A stretch of DNA of 64,000 nt, from positions 1,043-65,042 of the forward strand of contig JAGARO010000012.1 in assembly GCA_017622215.1 (NCBI GenBank), read 5' to 3'. This stretch comes from Clostridia bacterium. Its GTDB lineage: Bacteria > Bacillota > Clostridia > Monoglobales > Monoglobaceae. How positions within the stretch are numbered: the first letter of the stretch is position 1; each line of letters opens with the position of its first letter. The notes beneath the pieces were generated by a model that saw only the letters and a list, made by a program, of their open reading frames with translations, was not told where the DNA came from and ran no database searches. The position numbers were made by a program, and so were the translations under genes. Below, in pieces: positions 31,576-42,442 of the stretch.

Positions 31576-32760
31576 ATGAAAGAATTTGAATTAAAATATG
31601 GTTGTAACCCTAACCAGAAACCATCAAGAATTTTTATGGACAACGGAGCTGACCTCCCTATTGAAATCTTAAACGGTAAGCCAGGCTACATCAATTTCCT
31701 TGATGCTTTCAACAGCTGGCAGTTAGTTAAGGAACTTAAAGAAGCTTTAGGTCTTCCTGCTGTTACATCTTTTAAGCACGTTAGCCCTACATCTGCGGCT
31801 GTTGCTGTTCCTTTATCTGATACTCTCAAGAAGGCTTGTTTTGTTGACGACATTGAAGGTCTTGACGAATCTCCTTTAGCTCAGGCTTATGCAAGAGCAA
31901 GAGGTACAGACAGAATGTGTTCATTCGGGGACTGGGTTGCACTTTCAGATGTTTGTGATGTTACTACTGCTAAAATGATTCAGAGAGAGGTTTCCGACGG
32001 CGTTATTGCTCCTGGATATGAACCTGAAGCTCTTGAAATCTTAAAGTCAAAGAGAAAGGGTACATACAACGTAGTTAAAATTGACCCTGATTTTGTTCCT
32101 GAAGTTACTGAAAGAAAGCACGTTTTCGGTATTACTTTTGAACAGGGCAGAAACAATTTCAAAATTGACAGAGAGTTACTTTCTAACGTTGTAACAGACA
32201 ACAAGGATGTTCCTGAGTCTGCTATAAGAGATATGATTGTTGCTCTTATCACACTTAAATATACACAGTCAAACTCTGTTTGCTATGCTGTTGACGGTCA
32301 GGCTATCGGTGTTGGTGCAGGTCAGCAGTCAAGAATTCACTGTACAAGACTTGCAGGTACTAAAGCTGATACTTGGTTCCTCCGTCAGCACGATAAGGTA
32401 ATCAACCTCCCATTCAGAGATGATATTGGCAGACCTGACAGAGATAACGTTATTGACGGCTACATCAACAAGAACGAAGAAGATGTTTGTGCAGACGGTA
32501 TCTGGCAGAAGTACTTTAAGGTACAGCCTCAGCCATTTACTCTTGAAGAAATGAGAGCTTACCTTGATACAATCGACGGTGTTGCACTTGGTTCTGACGC
32601 TTTCTTCCCATTCAGCGATAACATCGAAAGAGCAAAGAAGAGCGGTGTTAAGTATATTGCTGAACCGGGCGGTTCAATCAGAGATGATGCTGTTATCGAT
32701 TGCTGTAACAAGTATGGTATGACATTATCATTCACAGGTATGAGATTATTCCATCATTAA
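31576..32760 (+). CDS. purH: AICAR formyltransferase (PurH C-terminal domain only; no MGS-like cyclohydrolase domain)
   Basis: 394 aa. GVGAGQQSRIHCTRLA and the C-terminal GMRLFHH are typical of the AICARFT domain. Confidence 0.88.
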   Translation: MKEFELKYGCNPNQKPSRIFMDNGADLPIEILNGKPGYINFLDAFNSWQLVKELKEALGLPAVTSFKHVSPTSAAVAVPLSDTLKKACFVDDIEGLDESPLAQAYARARGTDRMCSFGDWVALSDVCDVTTAKMIQREVSDGVIAPGYEPEALEILKSKRKGTYNVVKIDPDFVPEVTERKHVFGITFEQGRNNFKIDRELLSNVVTDNKDVPESAIRDMIVALITLKYTQSNSVCYAVDGQAIGVGAGQQSRIHCTRLAGTKADTWFLRQHDKVINLPFRDDIGRPDRDNVIDGYINKNEEDVCADGIWQKYFKVQPQPFTLEEMRAYLDTIDGVALGSDAFFPFSDNIERAKKSGVKYIAEPGGSIRDDAVIDCCNKYGMTLSFTGMRLFHH

Positions 32761-32848
32761 AATAAGGAGGCTAACGTGATTACTCACGTTATGCCTTCGG
32801 CGGATTTTACAGCCCCTATTTGCGGGCAGAAAGGCTATGGAAATTGAT

Positions 32849-34135
32849 ATGAAAATTTTGGTTGTAGGCGGTGGCGGTAGAGAACACGCAATAATCAAAA
32901 AAATTAAAGAAAATAAAAGCGTTGAAAAGATTTTCGCAGTCCCAGGTAATGGTGGTATCGCTTTAGATGCTGAATGTGTGAATATCGGCGCTACTGAAAT
33001 TGATAAAATCTGTGATTTTGCAGTTGAAAATGCTATTGATTATGCTGTTGTTGCACCTGATGACCCATTGGTTTTAGGCTGTGTGGATGCCCTTAACGAA
33101 AAGGGCATTAAGTGCTTTGGTCCTGATAAGGCGGCTGCTATTATCGAGGGAAGTAAGGTTTTCTCTAAAAACCTTATGAAAAAGTACAACATTCCAACTG
33201 CAGAATATGAAACCTTTGATGACGCCACAAAGGCACTTGAGTATCTTGAAACTGCAAAAATTCCTACAGTTATTAAGGCTGACGGTCTTGCTCTTGGAAA
33301 GGGCGTAATTATTGCCCAGACAAGAGAAGAAGCGAAGGCTGCTGTTGTTGAAATTATGGAGAATGGAAAGTTTGGTGCCAGCGGTAACAACATTGTTATC
33401 GAAGAATTTTTAACTGGCCCTGAAGTATCTGTTCTTGCATTTACTGACGGCAAGACTCTTGTTCCTATGGTTTCCTCCATGGACCACAAGAGAATAGGCG
33501 ACAACGATACAGGTCTTAACACAGGGGGTATGGGAACAATTGCTCCTAACCCTTGTTACACAAAGGAAATGGCAGAGATTTGTATGGAGAAAATTTTCCT
33601 CCCTACTATGGCTGCTATGAAGGCTGAAAACAGAACATTTAAGGGTTGTCTTTATTTCGGACTTATGCTTACTCCTGACGGTCCTAAGGTTATTGAGTAT
33701 AACTGTCGTTTCGGAGACCCTGAAACTCAGGTTGTGCTTCCGCTTTTAGAATCTGACCTTCTTACAGTTATGATGGCTGTTACAGATGAAAAGCTTTCTG
33801 AATGCGAGGTTAAATTCAGCGATAAGAACGCTTGCTGTGTTATCTTAGCTTCAAAGGGATACCCTGAAGCTTATGAAAAGGGAAAAGAAATCACAATTGA
33901 CGACAGCGTTGCTGATTCAGTTTATGTTGCAGGGGCAAAGGTAGAAGATGGCAAACTCCTCACAAACGGAGGAAGAGTCCTTGGGGTTACTGCTGTTTCA
34001 GACACACTTGAAAGTGCTATAAACGGTGCATATAAAAAGCTTGAAAAGGTAAACTTTGAGGGCGGTTATTTTAGACACGATATTGGTGCGAAAGCACTTA
34101 AAATTCAGAAAGGGGGAGATGTCCTTGGTATTTAG
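32849..34135 (+). CDS. purD: GAR synthetase
   Basis: MKILVVGGGGREHA N-terminus and an ATP-grasp core. An alternative in-frame ATG lies at 32837. Confidence 0.92.
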   Translation: MKILVVGGGGREHAIIKKIKENKSVEKIFAVPGNGGIALDAECVNIGATEIDKICDFAVENAIDYAVVAPDDPLVLGCVDALNEKGIKCFGPDKAAAIIEGSKVFSKNLMKKYNIPTAEYETFDDATKALEYLETAKIPTVIKADGLALGKGVIIAQTREEAKAAVVEIMENGKFGASGNNIVIEEFLTGPEVSVLAFTDGKTLVPMVSSMDHKRIGDNDTGLNTGGMGTIAPNPCYTKEMAEICMEKIFLPTMAAMKAENRTFKGCLYFGLMLTPDGPKVIEYNCRFGDPETQVVLPLLESDLLTVMMAVTDEKLSECEVKFSDKNACCVILASKGYPEAYEKGKEITIDDSVADSVYVAGAKVEDGKLLTNGGRVLGVTAVSDTLESAINGAYKKLEKVNFEGGYFRHDIGAKALKIQKGGDVLGI

Positions 34136-37100
34136 AGTTTTTGTTGAGAAAAAAGAGGAAATTGCTTACGAGGCTAAATCTCTTTATAATGAGGCTACAG
34201 GGCTTCTTGGTATTACAGGACTTAAAAAGGTTCGTGTAATCAACAGATATGACGCGGAAAATATCTCCGAAGAACTTTTTAACAAGGCAAAGGAAACTGT
34301 TTTCTCCGAGCCACAGCTTGATATTGTAAGCGAGGATATTGAAACAGAGGGAACTTTTGTTTTCGCTGTTGAATTCTTACCTGGTCAGTTTGACCAGAGA
34401 GCTGACTCCGCTGCACAGTGTATCCAGATTATTTCACAGGGGGACAGACCTGTAATTAAAACTGCTAAGGTTTATGTTTTATACGGCGACCTTACAGAAG
34501 ACGATGTACTCCAGATTAAAAAGTATGTAATTAACCCTGTAGAATCAAGAGAAGCAGGTCTTGAAAAGCCTGATACTCTTGAAATGAAATATGAAATTCC
34601 TGAATCTGTAGCTGTTCTTGAGGGCTTTATTGACCTTGATAAAAACGGTCTTGAGGCTTTCTTAAAGGAATATGCTCTCGCTATGGATATTGACGACCTT
34701 ACATTCTGTCAGGAATATTTTAAGGGCGAAAAGAGAAACCCTACTATTACTGAAATCAGAATGATTGACACATACTGGTCCGACCACTGCAGACACACTA
34801 CATTCTTAACTAACATTGACAGTGTGAAGTTTGAGGACAAGCTTTTACAGGATACTTACGACGAGTATCTTAAGGTAAGGCACGACCTTGGAAGAGATAA
34901 CAAGTCAATCTGTCTTATGGATATTGCAACAGTTGCAATAAGACACTTAAAGAGCATTGGTAAACTTGACAAGCTTGACGAATCAGAAGAAATTAATGCT
35001 TGTACTGTTAAGATTGATGTGGAAGTTGATGGAAAGACTGAGCCTTGGCTCTTACTTTTCAAGAACGAAACACACAATCACCCAACTGAAATTGAACCAT
35101 TTGGTGGTGCTGCAACCTGTATCGGCGGTGCTATCCGTGACCCGCTTTCAGGAAGAGCTTACGTTTACGGCGCTATGAGAGTTACAGGGGCGGCTGACCC
35201 GCTTAAGCCTGTTTCAGAAACAATCAAGGGTAAGCTCCCACAGAGAAAGATTGTTACAACTGCGGCTGCAGGTTACAGCTCATATGGTAACCAGATTGGT
35301 CTTGCAACAGGTATTGTTGACGAAATTTATCACGATGGATATGCTGCGAAGCGTATGGAAATCGGTGCTGTTATTGCGGCTGCTCCTCAGGAGAATGTAC
35401 GCCGTGAAAGACCTGACGCCGGGGACGTTGTAATTCTCCTTGGCGGTAAGACAGGCCGTGATGGCTGTGGCGGTGCTACAGGTTCATCAAAGTCTCACAC
35501 TGTTGAGTCTTTAGATACTTGCGGTGCTGAAGTACAGAAGGGTAACGCTCCTGAAGAAAGAAAAATCCAGAGATTGTTCAGAAACAAGGAAGCTTGTCAG
35601 ATGATTAAGAGATGTAATGACTTCGGTGCAGGCGGTGTTTCCGTTGCTATCGGTGAGCTTGCTGACGGTCTTTTAATCAATTTAAATGCTGTTCCTAAAA
35701 AGTACGAAGGTCTTGACGGAACTGAACTTGCTATTTCTGAATCTCAGGAAAGAATGGCTGTTGTAGTTGAAAAGGAAAATGTTGAAAGATTTATTCAGCT
35801 TTCACAGGAAGAAAACCTTATGGCTACACCTGTTGCTACTGTTTCTGCTGAACCAAGACTTGTTATGAACTGGAACGGCAAGGAAATTGTTAACTTAAGC
35901 CGTGAATTCTTAAATTCCAATGGTGCACAGAAGCACATTGATGTTGCTCCTTGCGCTCCTCAGGATATAAATAAGACTGTTTCAGGAACATTTGCTGAAA
36001 ATATCAAGGCTTTAGCCGGGGACTTAAATACCTGTTCAAAGCGTGGTCTTTCAGAAAGATTTGACTCTACAATCGGTGCGGGCACTGTTCTTATGCCATT
36101 TGGCGGTAAGAATCAGCGTACACCTATTCAGACTATGGTACAGAAGATTTCTGTTGAAAAGAAGCATACTTGCGACTGTTCACTTATGTCCTTTGGATTT
36201 AACCCATTTATCTCCGAAAAGAGCCCATATCACGGCGCATATCTTGCTGTAATTGAATCAGTTTCAAAGCTTATTGCTTGTGGTGCTGAATTTAAGGACG
36301 TATATCTCACATTCCAGGAATACTTTGAAAGCCCTGGTAAAGACGCTAAGAGATGGGGCAAACCACTTGCTGCACTCCTTGGCTCATTCAAGGCACAGAT
36401 GGAACTCCAGATTGCTTCAATCGGCGGTAAGGACTCTATGAGTGGTTCATTCGAAGACCTTGACGTTCCACCTACACTTGTATCATTTGCTGTTACAACA
36501 TCAAAGACAAAGAATATCGTTTCACCTGAATTTAAGAAGGCAGGAAACAAGGTTATTATCCTTGCTCCTGAATATGATGAAAACGGACTTCCTGTAACTG
36601 CATCACTTCTGGATGTGTTTGCTAAAGTTTACGAACTTTTAAGCACAAAGAAAGCTGTAGCTTGTTATACACCTGGTATGGGCGGTATAGCTGAGGCTGT
36701 GCTTAAGATGTGTATGGGTAACGGTTTTGGCTTTGATTTTGCTGATATTTCTATGGACAAGCTCTTTGGCTATAGCTATGGACAGTTCGTTCTTGAAGTT
36801 GAAGATGGCGTTGACTGTGGCACAGTAATCGGTACTGTTACAGATAAGAAAGAACTTAATTTTGCTGATGAAAAGGTTTGTTTATCTTGCATTCTCGACA
36901 TTTACGAAGACAAGCTTGAATCAGTTTATTCCTGCAATATTGCTGATGCCTTGACTCCTGTTAAGAATTTCTCCTTTGTGTCAGAAACAAACAAGAGTGC
37001 ATCAATTAAGATTGCTAAGCCTAAAGTTTTAATTCCTGCATTCCCAGGTACAAACTGTGAATTCGACAGCGCTAAGGCTGTTCGTGATGCGGGGGCTGAG

Positions 37101-37814
37101 GCTGAAATATTTGTAATTAACAATTTGGATTCCGAAGGAATTTCAAGAAGTGTTGAAAGTTTTGCTGAAAAGGTAAAGGAATCTCAGATGATATTCATTC
37201 CTGGCGGTTTCTCCGGCGGTGATGAGCCTGACGGAAGTGGTAAGTTTATCTCTGCTTTCTTCAGAAATGAAGCAATAAAAGAAGAAGTTCATAATCTTCT
37301 TAAAAAGCGCGATGGTCTTATGTGCGGTATCTGTAACGGTTTCCAGGCACTTATCAAGCTCGGTCTTGTGCCATTTGGTGAAATTGTTGATATCGACGAG
37401 GATTGCCCAACACTTACATTTAACACAATTGCAAGACACCAGTCAAAGATTGTAAGAACAAGAGTTGCATCAAATATGTCTCCTTGGCTTTCACTTACTA
37501 ACGTTGGCGATGTTTATAATGTTCCAATCTCTCACGGTGAAGGCAGATTCTTAGCCAGTGAAGAATGGATTAAGAAGCTTGAAGCAAACGGTCAGATTGC
37601 TACTCAGTATGTAGATTTTGACGGAAATGCTACTAACGATGTTCAGTTTAACCCTAACGGCTCTGTTTATGCTATCGAAGGTATTACTTCACCTGACGGC
37701 CGTGTATTTGGTAAGATGGGACACAGTGAAAGAATTGGCTGCGGTCTTTATAAGAATGTTCCTGGTGAATATGACATAAAGATGTTTGAGGCTGCTGTTA
37801 AATATTTTAAATAA
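34119..37814 (+). CDS. purL: FGAM synthase, single-chain large type
   Basis: 1231 aa from ATG 34119 (RBS aaaggggga). C-terminal glutaminase GICNGFQAL. Overlaps the purD end by 17 nt. Confidence 0.92.
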   Translation: MSLVFRVFVEKKEEIAYEAKSLYNEATGLLGITGLKKVRVINRYDAENISEELFNKAKETVFSEPQLDIVSEDIETEGTFVFAVEFLPGQFDQRADSAAQCIQIISQGDRPVIKTAKVYVLYGDLTEDDVLQIKKYVINPVESREAGLEKPDTLEMKYEIPESVAVLEGFIDLDKNGLEAFLKEYALAMDIDDLTFCQEYFKGEKRNPTITEIRMIDTYWSDHCRHTTFLTNIDSVKFEDKLLQDTYDEYLKVRHDLGRDNKSICLMDIATVAIRHLKSIGKLDKLDESEEINACTVKIDVEVDGKTEPWLLLFKNETHNHPTEIEPFGGAATCIGGAIRDPLSGRAYVYGAMRVTGAADPLKPVSETIKGKLPQRKIVTTAAAGYSSYGNQIGLATGIVDEIYHDGYAAKRMEIGAVIAAAPQENVRRERPDAGDVVILLGGKTGRDGCGGATGSSKSHTVESLDTCGAEVQKGNAPEERKIQRLFRNKEACQMIKRCNDFGAGGVSVAIGELADGLLINLNAVPKKYEGLDGTELAISESQERMAVVVEKENVERFIQLSQEENLMATPVATVSAEPRLVMNWNGKEIVNLSREFLNSNGAQKHIDVAPCAPQDINKTVSGTFAENIKALAGDLNTCSKRGLSERFDSTIGAGTVLMPFGGKNQRTPIQTMVQKISVEKKHTCDCSLMSFGFNPFISEKSPYHGAYLAVIESVSKLIACGAEFKDVYLTFQEYFESPGKDAKRWGKPLAALLGSFKAQMELQIASIGGKDSMSGSFEDLDVPPTLVSFAVTTSKTKNIVSPEFKKAGNKVIILAPEYDENGLPVTASLLDVFAKVYELLSTKKAVACYTPGMGGIAEAVLKMCMGNGFGFDFADISMDKLFGYSYGQFVLEVEDGVDCGTVIGTVTDKKELNFADEKVCLSCILDIYEDKLESVYSCNIADALTPVKNFSFVSETNKSASIKIAKPKVLIPAFPGTNCEFDSAKAVRDAGAEAEIFVINNLDSEGISRSVESFAEKVKESQMIFIPGGFSGGDEPDGSGKFISAFFRNEAIKEEVHNLLKKRDGLMCGICNGFQALIKLGLVPFGEIVDIDEDCPTLTFNTIARHQSKIVRTRVASNMSPWLSLTNVGDVYNVPISHGEGRFLASEEWIKKLEANGQIATQYVDFDGNATNDVQFNPNGSVYAIEGITSPDGRVFGKMGHSERIGCGLYKNVPGEYDIKMFEAAVKYFK

Positions 37815-37826
37815 GGAGAGATAAAA

Positions 37827-39500
37827 ATGGCTTACAAAACAGATATTGAAATTGCACAGGAATGCGAAATGCGTCCTATTATGGAAATTGCAGAACGTGC
37901 TCATGTTGACGAAAAATACGTTGAGCAGTATGGAAAGTACAAGGCAAAGATTGACCTTGAACTTTTGGAATCTGAAAAGGAAAACGGTAAGCTTGTATTA
38001 GTTACAGCTATTACACCTACACCTGCAGGTGAAGGTAAAACTACTACAACTATCGGTCTTGCTGACGGTCTTAAGAGAATCGGCAAGGATGTAACTGTTG
38101 CTCTCCGTGAACCATCCCTTGGCCCTGTATTCGGCGTTAAGGGAGGTGCTGCAGGCGGCGGCTATGCACAGGTTGTTCCTATGGAAGACATTAACCTCCA
38201 CTTTACAGGGGACTTCCACGCAATCGGTGCTGCTAACAACCTTTTGGCTGCTATGCTTGACAACCACATTCAGCAGGGTAATGCACTTAACATTGATGTT
38301 AAGAAGATTACATGGAAGAGATGTGTGGATATGAATGACAGACAGCTCAGAAATGTTATTGACGGTCTCGGCGGTAAGCCAAACGGCGTTCCAAGAGAGG
38401 ACGGATTTGACATTACTGTTGCCAGCGAAATTATGGCTGTTTTCTGTCTCTCAAATTCAATCACAGACTTAAAGGAAAAGCTTTCAAAGATTATTGTAGC
38501 TTACACTTATGACGATAAGCCTGTTACAGCTGGGGATTTAAAGGCTGTTGGTGCTATGACTGCACTTTTAAAGGACGCTTTAAAGCCTAACCTTGTTCAG
38601 ACACTTGAGGGTACACCTGCTTTCGTTCACGGCGGACCTTTCGCCAACATAGCACATGGCTGTAACTCAATTATTGCTACAAAGATGGCTCTTAAGATGG
38701 GCGACTACACAATTACTGAAGCAGGCTTTGGTGCTGACCTTGGCGCTGAAAAGTTCCTTGACATTAAGTGCCGTGCTGCAGGTCTTACACCTGACGCTGT
38801 TGTAGTTGTTGCTACTGTTCGTGCTCTTAAGATGCATGGCGGTCTTCCTAAGACTGAACTTGGGGAAGAGGATATTGTTGCTTTAGAGAAGGGTATTCCT
38901 AACCTTTTAAGACATGTTTCAAACATCAAGAACGTTTACAAGCTTCCTTGTGTTGTTGCTGTTAACCGTTTCCCAACTGACACTGATAACGAAATTGAAT
39001 TTATCGTTAACAAGTGCCGTGAACTGGGCGTAAACACAGTTCTTTCAACTGTTTGGGCTGACGGCGGTAAGGGCGGCGAGGAACTTGCTAAGGAAGTTGT
39101 TAGACTCTGTGAAGAAGAACAGGGCGACTTCACTTTCTCATACGACCTTGATATGCCTATCGCTGATAAGATTGAGGCTGTTGTTAAGAAGGTTTACGGC
39201 GGTGACGGTATAATCCTCATGCCTAACGCTAAAAAGCAGATTGAAACTCTTACAGCTCTCGGCTTTGACAAGGTTCCTGTTTGTATCGCAAAGACACAGT
39301 ACAGCTTCTCTGACGACCCAACAAAGCTTGGCGCTCCAGAAAACTTTATGGTTACTGTTAAGAACGTTAAGGTTTCTGCCGGTGCAGGATTTATCGTTGT
39401 TTTAACAGGCGATATTATGACTATGCCTGGTCTCCCTAAGGTTCCTGCAGCTGAAAAGATTGATGTTGACGAAAAGGGCAGAATCACAGGATTGTTCTAA
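37827..39500 (+). CDS. fhs: formate-tetrahydrofolate ligase
   Basis: [16 protein letters not shown]-loop; 557 aa. Confidence 0.95.
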   Translation: MAYKTDIEIAQECEMRPIMEIAERAHVDEKYVEQYGKYKAKIDLELLESEKENGKLVLVTAITPTPAGEGKTTTTIGLADGLKRIGKDVTVALREPSLGPVFGVKGGAAGGGYAQVVPMEDINLHFTGDFHAIGAANNLLAAMLDNHIQQGNALNIDVKKITWKRCVDMNDRQLRNVIDGLGGKPNGVPREDGFDITVASEIMAVFCLSNSITDLKEKLSKIIVAYTYDDKPVTAGDLKAVGAMTALLKDALKPNLVQTLEGTPAFVHGGPFANIAHGCNSIIATKMALKMGDYTITEAGFGADLGAEKFLDIKCRAAGLTPDAVVVVATVRALKMHGGLPKTELGEEDIVALEKGIPNLLRHVSNIKNVYKLPCVVAVNRFPTDTDNEIEFIVNKCRELGVNTVLSTVWADGGKGGEELAKEVVRLCEEEQGDFTFSYDLDMPIADKIEAVVKKVYGGDGIILMPNAKKQIETLTALGFDKVPVCIAKTQYSFSDDPTKLGAPENFMVTVKNVKVSAGAGFIVVLTGDIMTMPGLPKVPAAEKIDVDEKGRITGLF

Positions 39501-39523
39501 AAAATTGGAATGATTTATATAAT

Positions 39524-39556
39524 AAAAACCTCGGTTTTACCGAGGTTTTTTGTTTT
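39524..39556 (+). terminator. rho-independent terminator ending the pur-fhs operon
   Basis: aaaacctcgg-tttta-ccgaggtttt followed by a T-run. Confidence 0.75.
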
Positions 39557-39579
39557 TTAATAAAGTTGTTTAAGTGAAT

Positions 39580-39610
39580 AAAAAAGGGACTGCGGAGCAG
39601 TCCCTTTTTA
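39580..39610 (-). terminator. terminator of GH31 paralogue A
   Basis: aaaaagggactg-cggag-cagtcccttttt. Confidence 0.7.
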
Positions 39611-41863
39611 TTATATGAGGTTGATGTTTTTATATTCCTTATAGCCTTTATGGTTAAGCTGTGTTTTGAGTTCGCCGTTTTCAACTTTGAATTCATATTC
39701 ATTATACTCGCCGTCGAGATACTTAAAGTCTTCGCCGTTATCTGTATAATGCTTATAGGCTCTGCAGTTGCCGTTCTTATCAGGGTATGCCATAAGATTT
39801 AATGTATCAAGCTCGATTTCGCCTACATAGCTCATTTCAGGATATGTTGGGATGATTGAGCCAGCTTTTACGTACATAGGACAAACATCAAGTGGTGCGT
39901 CCTTTATAATATATCTTCCGCCCTCAATAACTTCATTTGTCCAGAAGTCGTACCACTGTCCCTCAGGGAGATATACGCGCTTAGCGATTTCGCCCTGATT
40001 TACAACTGGGGAAACCAAGATATCTTCGCCGAACATAAACTGGTCGTTCATACTTTCACAATTTTTATCCTCAGGGAATTCAAGAACCATTGCTCTCATA
40101 ACAGGGAGACCTGTTTTGCTGTTCTTTACGAATGTATCGTAAATATATGGGAGAAGCTTATAACGGAGCTTCAGATATTTTCTTGAAATATCAAGAACTT
40201 CCTTACCGAATGTCCAGAGTTCCTGTCTTCTTGTGCCGAAACAAGCGTGGTTTCTAAAGAGTGGGTAGAAGCATCCGAGCTCAAACCAACGGGCGAAAAG
40301 CTCTGTGTTTCCATTGCCTGCAAAACCGCCAACGTCTGCGCCTGCATAGGATAAACCGCTTAAGCCGAGGTTACAAATCTGTGGGATTGACCACTGGAGG
40401 TGATCCCATTCACTATGGTTATCGCCTGTCCAGGCTGTTGAATACTTCTGGATGCCTGAATAACAGGCTCTTGTGATTACAAAAGGTCTTTTTCCGTTAT
40501 GCTTCTTAAGACCGTTTGAGCAGGCTGTTGCCATGTGATGACCGTAAACGTTATGCATTTCGCCCTGTGTTGCGCCTAAATTCTCATCGCACATTGGAAG
40601 GTCAAGAGGAAGATTACCCTTAAAGCTTGCAGGCTCGTTCATATCACACCAGATTCCGTCTGCGCCGAAGTCAATCATCTCTTTCTGGAGGTCTGCCCAC
40701 CAGTTTCTTACTTCAGGATTTGAGAAGTCAGGGAAGGCTGCTTCCCCAGGCCAAACTTCGTTTATATAAACATTGCCGTCATTGTCTTTGATAAAGTAAT
40801 CGTTCTCAATTGCCTGGTCATAAACGTGGTAGCCCTCTTCCTTTTTAACGCCCGGGTCAAGAATACAAACTCTCTTAAAACCGTCTTTCTTAAGGTCTTC
40901 ACCAAGCTGTTTTGGTGTAGCTTCAAAATTTTCCTTATTCCATGTAAACACCTTGTAGTTGTCCATATAGTGAATATCATAATGGAGAACATCGCAAGGG
41001 AGGTCATTATCACGCATCTGCTTGGCGATGCTCCTGAAGTCGTTTTCTGTTATGTAACCCCAACGGCTCTGATGATAGCCAAGTGTCCAGAGCTGTGGCA
41101 CAGGTGTGTAGCCTGTAAGGTGGGCATATCCACCTAAAACTTTCTTCATATCAGGTCCGTAGATAAAGTAATAGTCAAGGTCGCCGTCGTTTATTGCATA
41201 GTAGAAGTACGAAAGATTTTCTTCTCCTAAATTGAAGAAGCTTGTAAAAGTGTTATCAAAGAATAAGCCGTAGGTGGCAACGCTGTTCTTTGTGATTAAG
41301 AATGGGATTGACTTGTAAAGTGCCTTTGTGTGCGGATAATCATTTGGAAGAGAAATATCCGAATTCTGCATTACATAGTCATATTCACGCTTGTTTAAGA
41401 AGCCTGCCTTGTCACCGAGACCGTAGAAACAGTCTGTGCTTTCCATTGTTTTGATGACTTCTGTTCTGTATTTTACGCCACGCTCGTTGAAACTATGTCC
41501 CTCGGCACGGAGCTGTGCAATCTGGTCAGGAGTAAGGTTTTCGCCTGTTGTTCTCTTGCCTCTGTAATCCTCACAAATAAGGTTTCCGTCCTTATCGTAG
41601 ATGTCTGTTTTGCATTCGTCGTACACTTTTACTGTGAGTAAATCTGTGGAGATTACAACTGCGTCAGTTTCCTTTTCAACGGAGAAGTCTGTATCTTGGG
41701 CAGGGTTTTCTTCGATTGCTTTTGAAATATAGTTTTTCTCTGTAAACTTAATATTAAATCTGATAATATCATCACGGATGATTTCTACGTTATAGTTGCC
41801 CTCGTCCATTGTGATAATAATTTTGTTATCATTTACTTCATAATTCTTGATTTTTCCAAGCAT
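39611..41863 (-). CDS. glycoside hydrolase family 31 alpha-glucosidase (paralogue A)
   Basis: 750 aa. DGIWCDMNEP nucleophile motif and WTGDN. No signal peptide. Confidence 0.88.
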   Translation of the reverse strand: MLGKIKNYEVNDNKIIITMDEGNYNVEIIRDDIIRFNIKFTEKNYISKAIEENPAQDTDFSVEKETDAVVISTDLLTVKVYDECKTDIYDKDGNLICEDYRGKRTTGENLTPDQIAQLRAEGHSFNERGVKYRTEVIKTMESTDCFYGLGDKAGFLNKREYDYVMQNSDISLPNDYPHTKALYKSIPFLITKNSVATYGLFFDNTFTSFFNLGEENLSYFYYAINDGDLDYYFIYGPDMKKVLGGYAHLTGYTPVPQLWTLGYHQSRWGYITENDFRSIAKQMRDNDLPCDVLHYDIHYMDNYKVFTWNKENFEATPKQLGEDLKKDGFKRVCILDPGVKKEEGYHVYDQAIENDYFIKDNDGNVYINEVWPGEAAFPDFSNPEVRNWWADLQKEMIDFGADGIWCDMNEPASFKGNLPLDLPMCDENLGATQGEMHNVYGHHMATACSNGLKKHNGKRPFVITRACYSGIQKYSTAWTGDNHSEWDHLQWSIPQICNLGLSGLSYAGADVGGFAGNGNTELFARWFELGCFYPLFRNHACFGTRRQELWTFGKEVLDISRKYLKLRYKLLPYIYDTFVKNSKTGLPVMRAMVLEFPEDKNCESMNDQFMFGEDILVSPVVNQGEIAKRVYLPEGQWYDFWTNEVIEGGRYIIKDAPLDVCPMYVKAGSIIPTYPEMSYVGEIELDTLNLMAYPDKNGNCRAYKHYTDNGEDFKYLDGEYNEYEFKVENGELKTQLNHKGYKEYKNINLI

Positions 41864-42074
41864 TTTGTCAGCTCCTTTTCGAGTTGGTTGATAGCTTAAT
41901 TTTATAATACTTGTGGGGTTTTGTCAATGAGATTTTGGGGAAATTAGGCATATTTACTTATGAAATAATTTATTGTATAATATAAGAATCGACACATATT
42001 ATTTGTTTTGTTGTTCATTTACTCTGATTTTTATTTTATAATTTGGGTGTAAACTAAATTTGGAGGTTATTAAA

Positions 42075-42425
42075 ATGAACACAGACAAAATTATAGCTGA
42101 AGCAATAGCAAAGGAGTATGCACCAAAGGACAACTCAAAAATAGTTGCATTAAAGAAGCTTGACAGCAAGGCGAAAATGCCTGCAAATGTTTTTGCTTAT
42201 ACCTTTGGTATTGTATCCTCACTTGTGGCAGGCACAGGTATGTGTCTTGCAATGCAGGTTTTAGGAAGTGGTATTTTTAGTATGATTGCAGGTATAATTA
42301 TCGGCACAGTGGGATTTGTATGCTGTGGTATAAATTATCCAATTTATAAGAAAATGCTTGAAAAAGGCAAGGCAAAATACGCATACGAGATTGTTGAGCT
42401 TGCAAGGGAAATAAGCGAAAAATAA
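42075..42425 (+). CDS. small two-TM membrane protein, unknown function
   Basis: 116 aa. RBS ggagg lies 8 nt upstream of ATG 42075. Central hydrophobic hairpin. Confidence 0.55.
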   Translation: MNTDKIIAEAIAKEYAPKDNSKIVALKKLDSKAKMPANVFAYTFGIVSSLVAGTGMCLAMQVLGSGIFSMIAGIIIGTVGFVCCGINYPIYKKMLEKGKAKYAYEIVELAREISEK

Positions 42426-42442
42426 TTTGTTTATGGCAGGGA

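Noticed and set aside
32779-32796. The hairpin aacgtga-ttac-tcacgtt in the purH-purD spacer as an internal terminator.
   Set aside because: It has only a 7-bp stem, no U-tract follows, and it lies inside the candidate mini-ORF. It is more likely incidental or a translational element.
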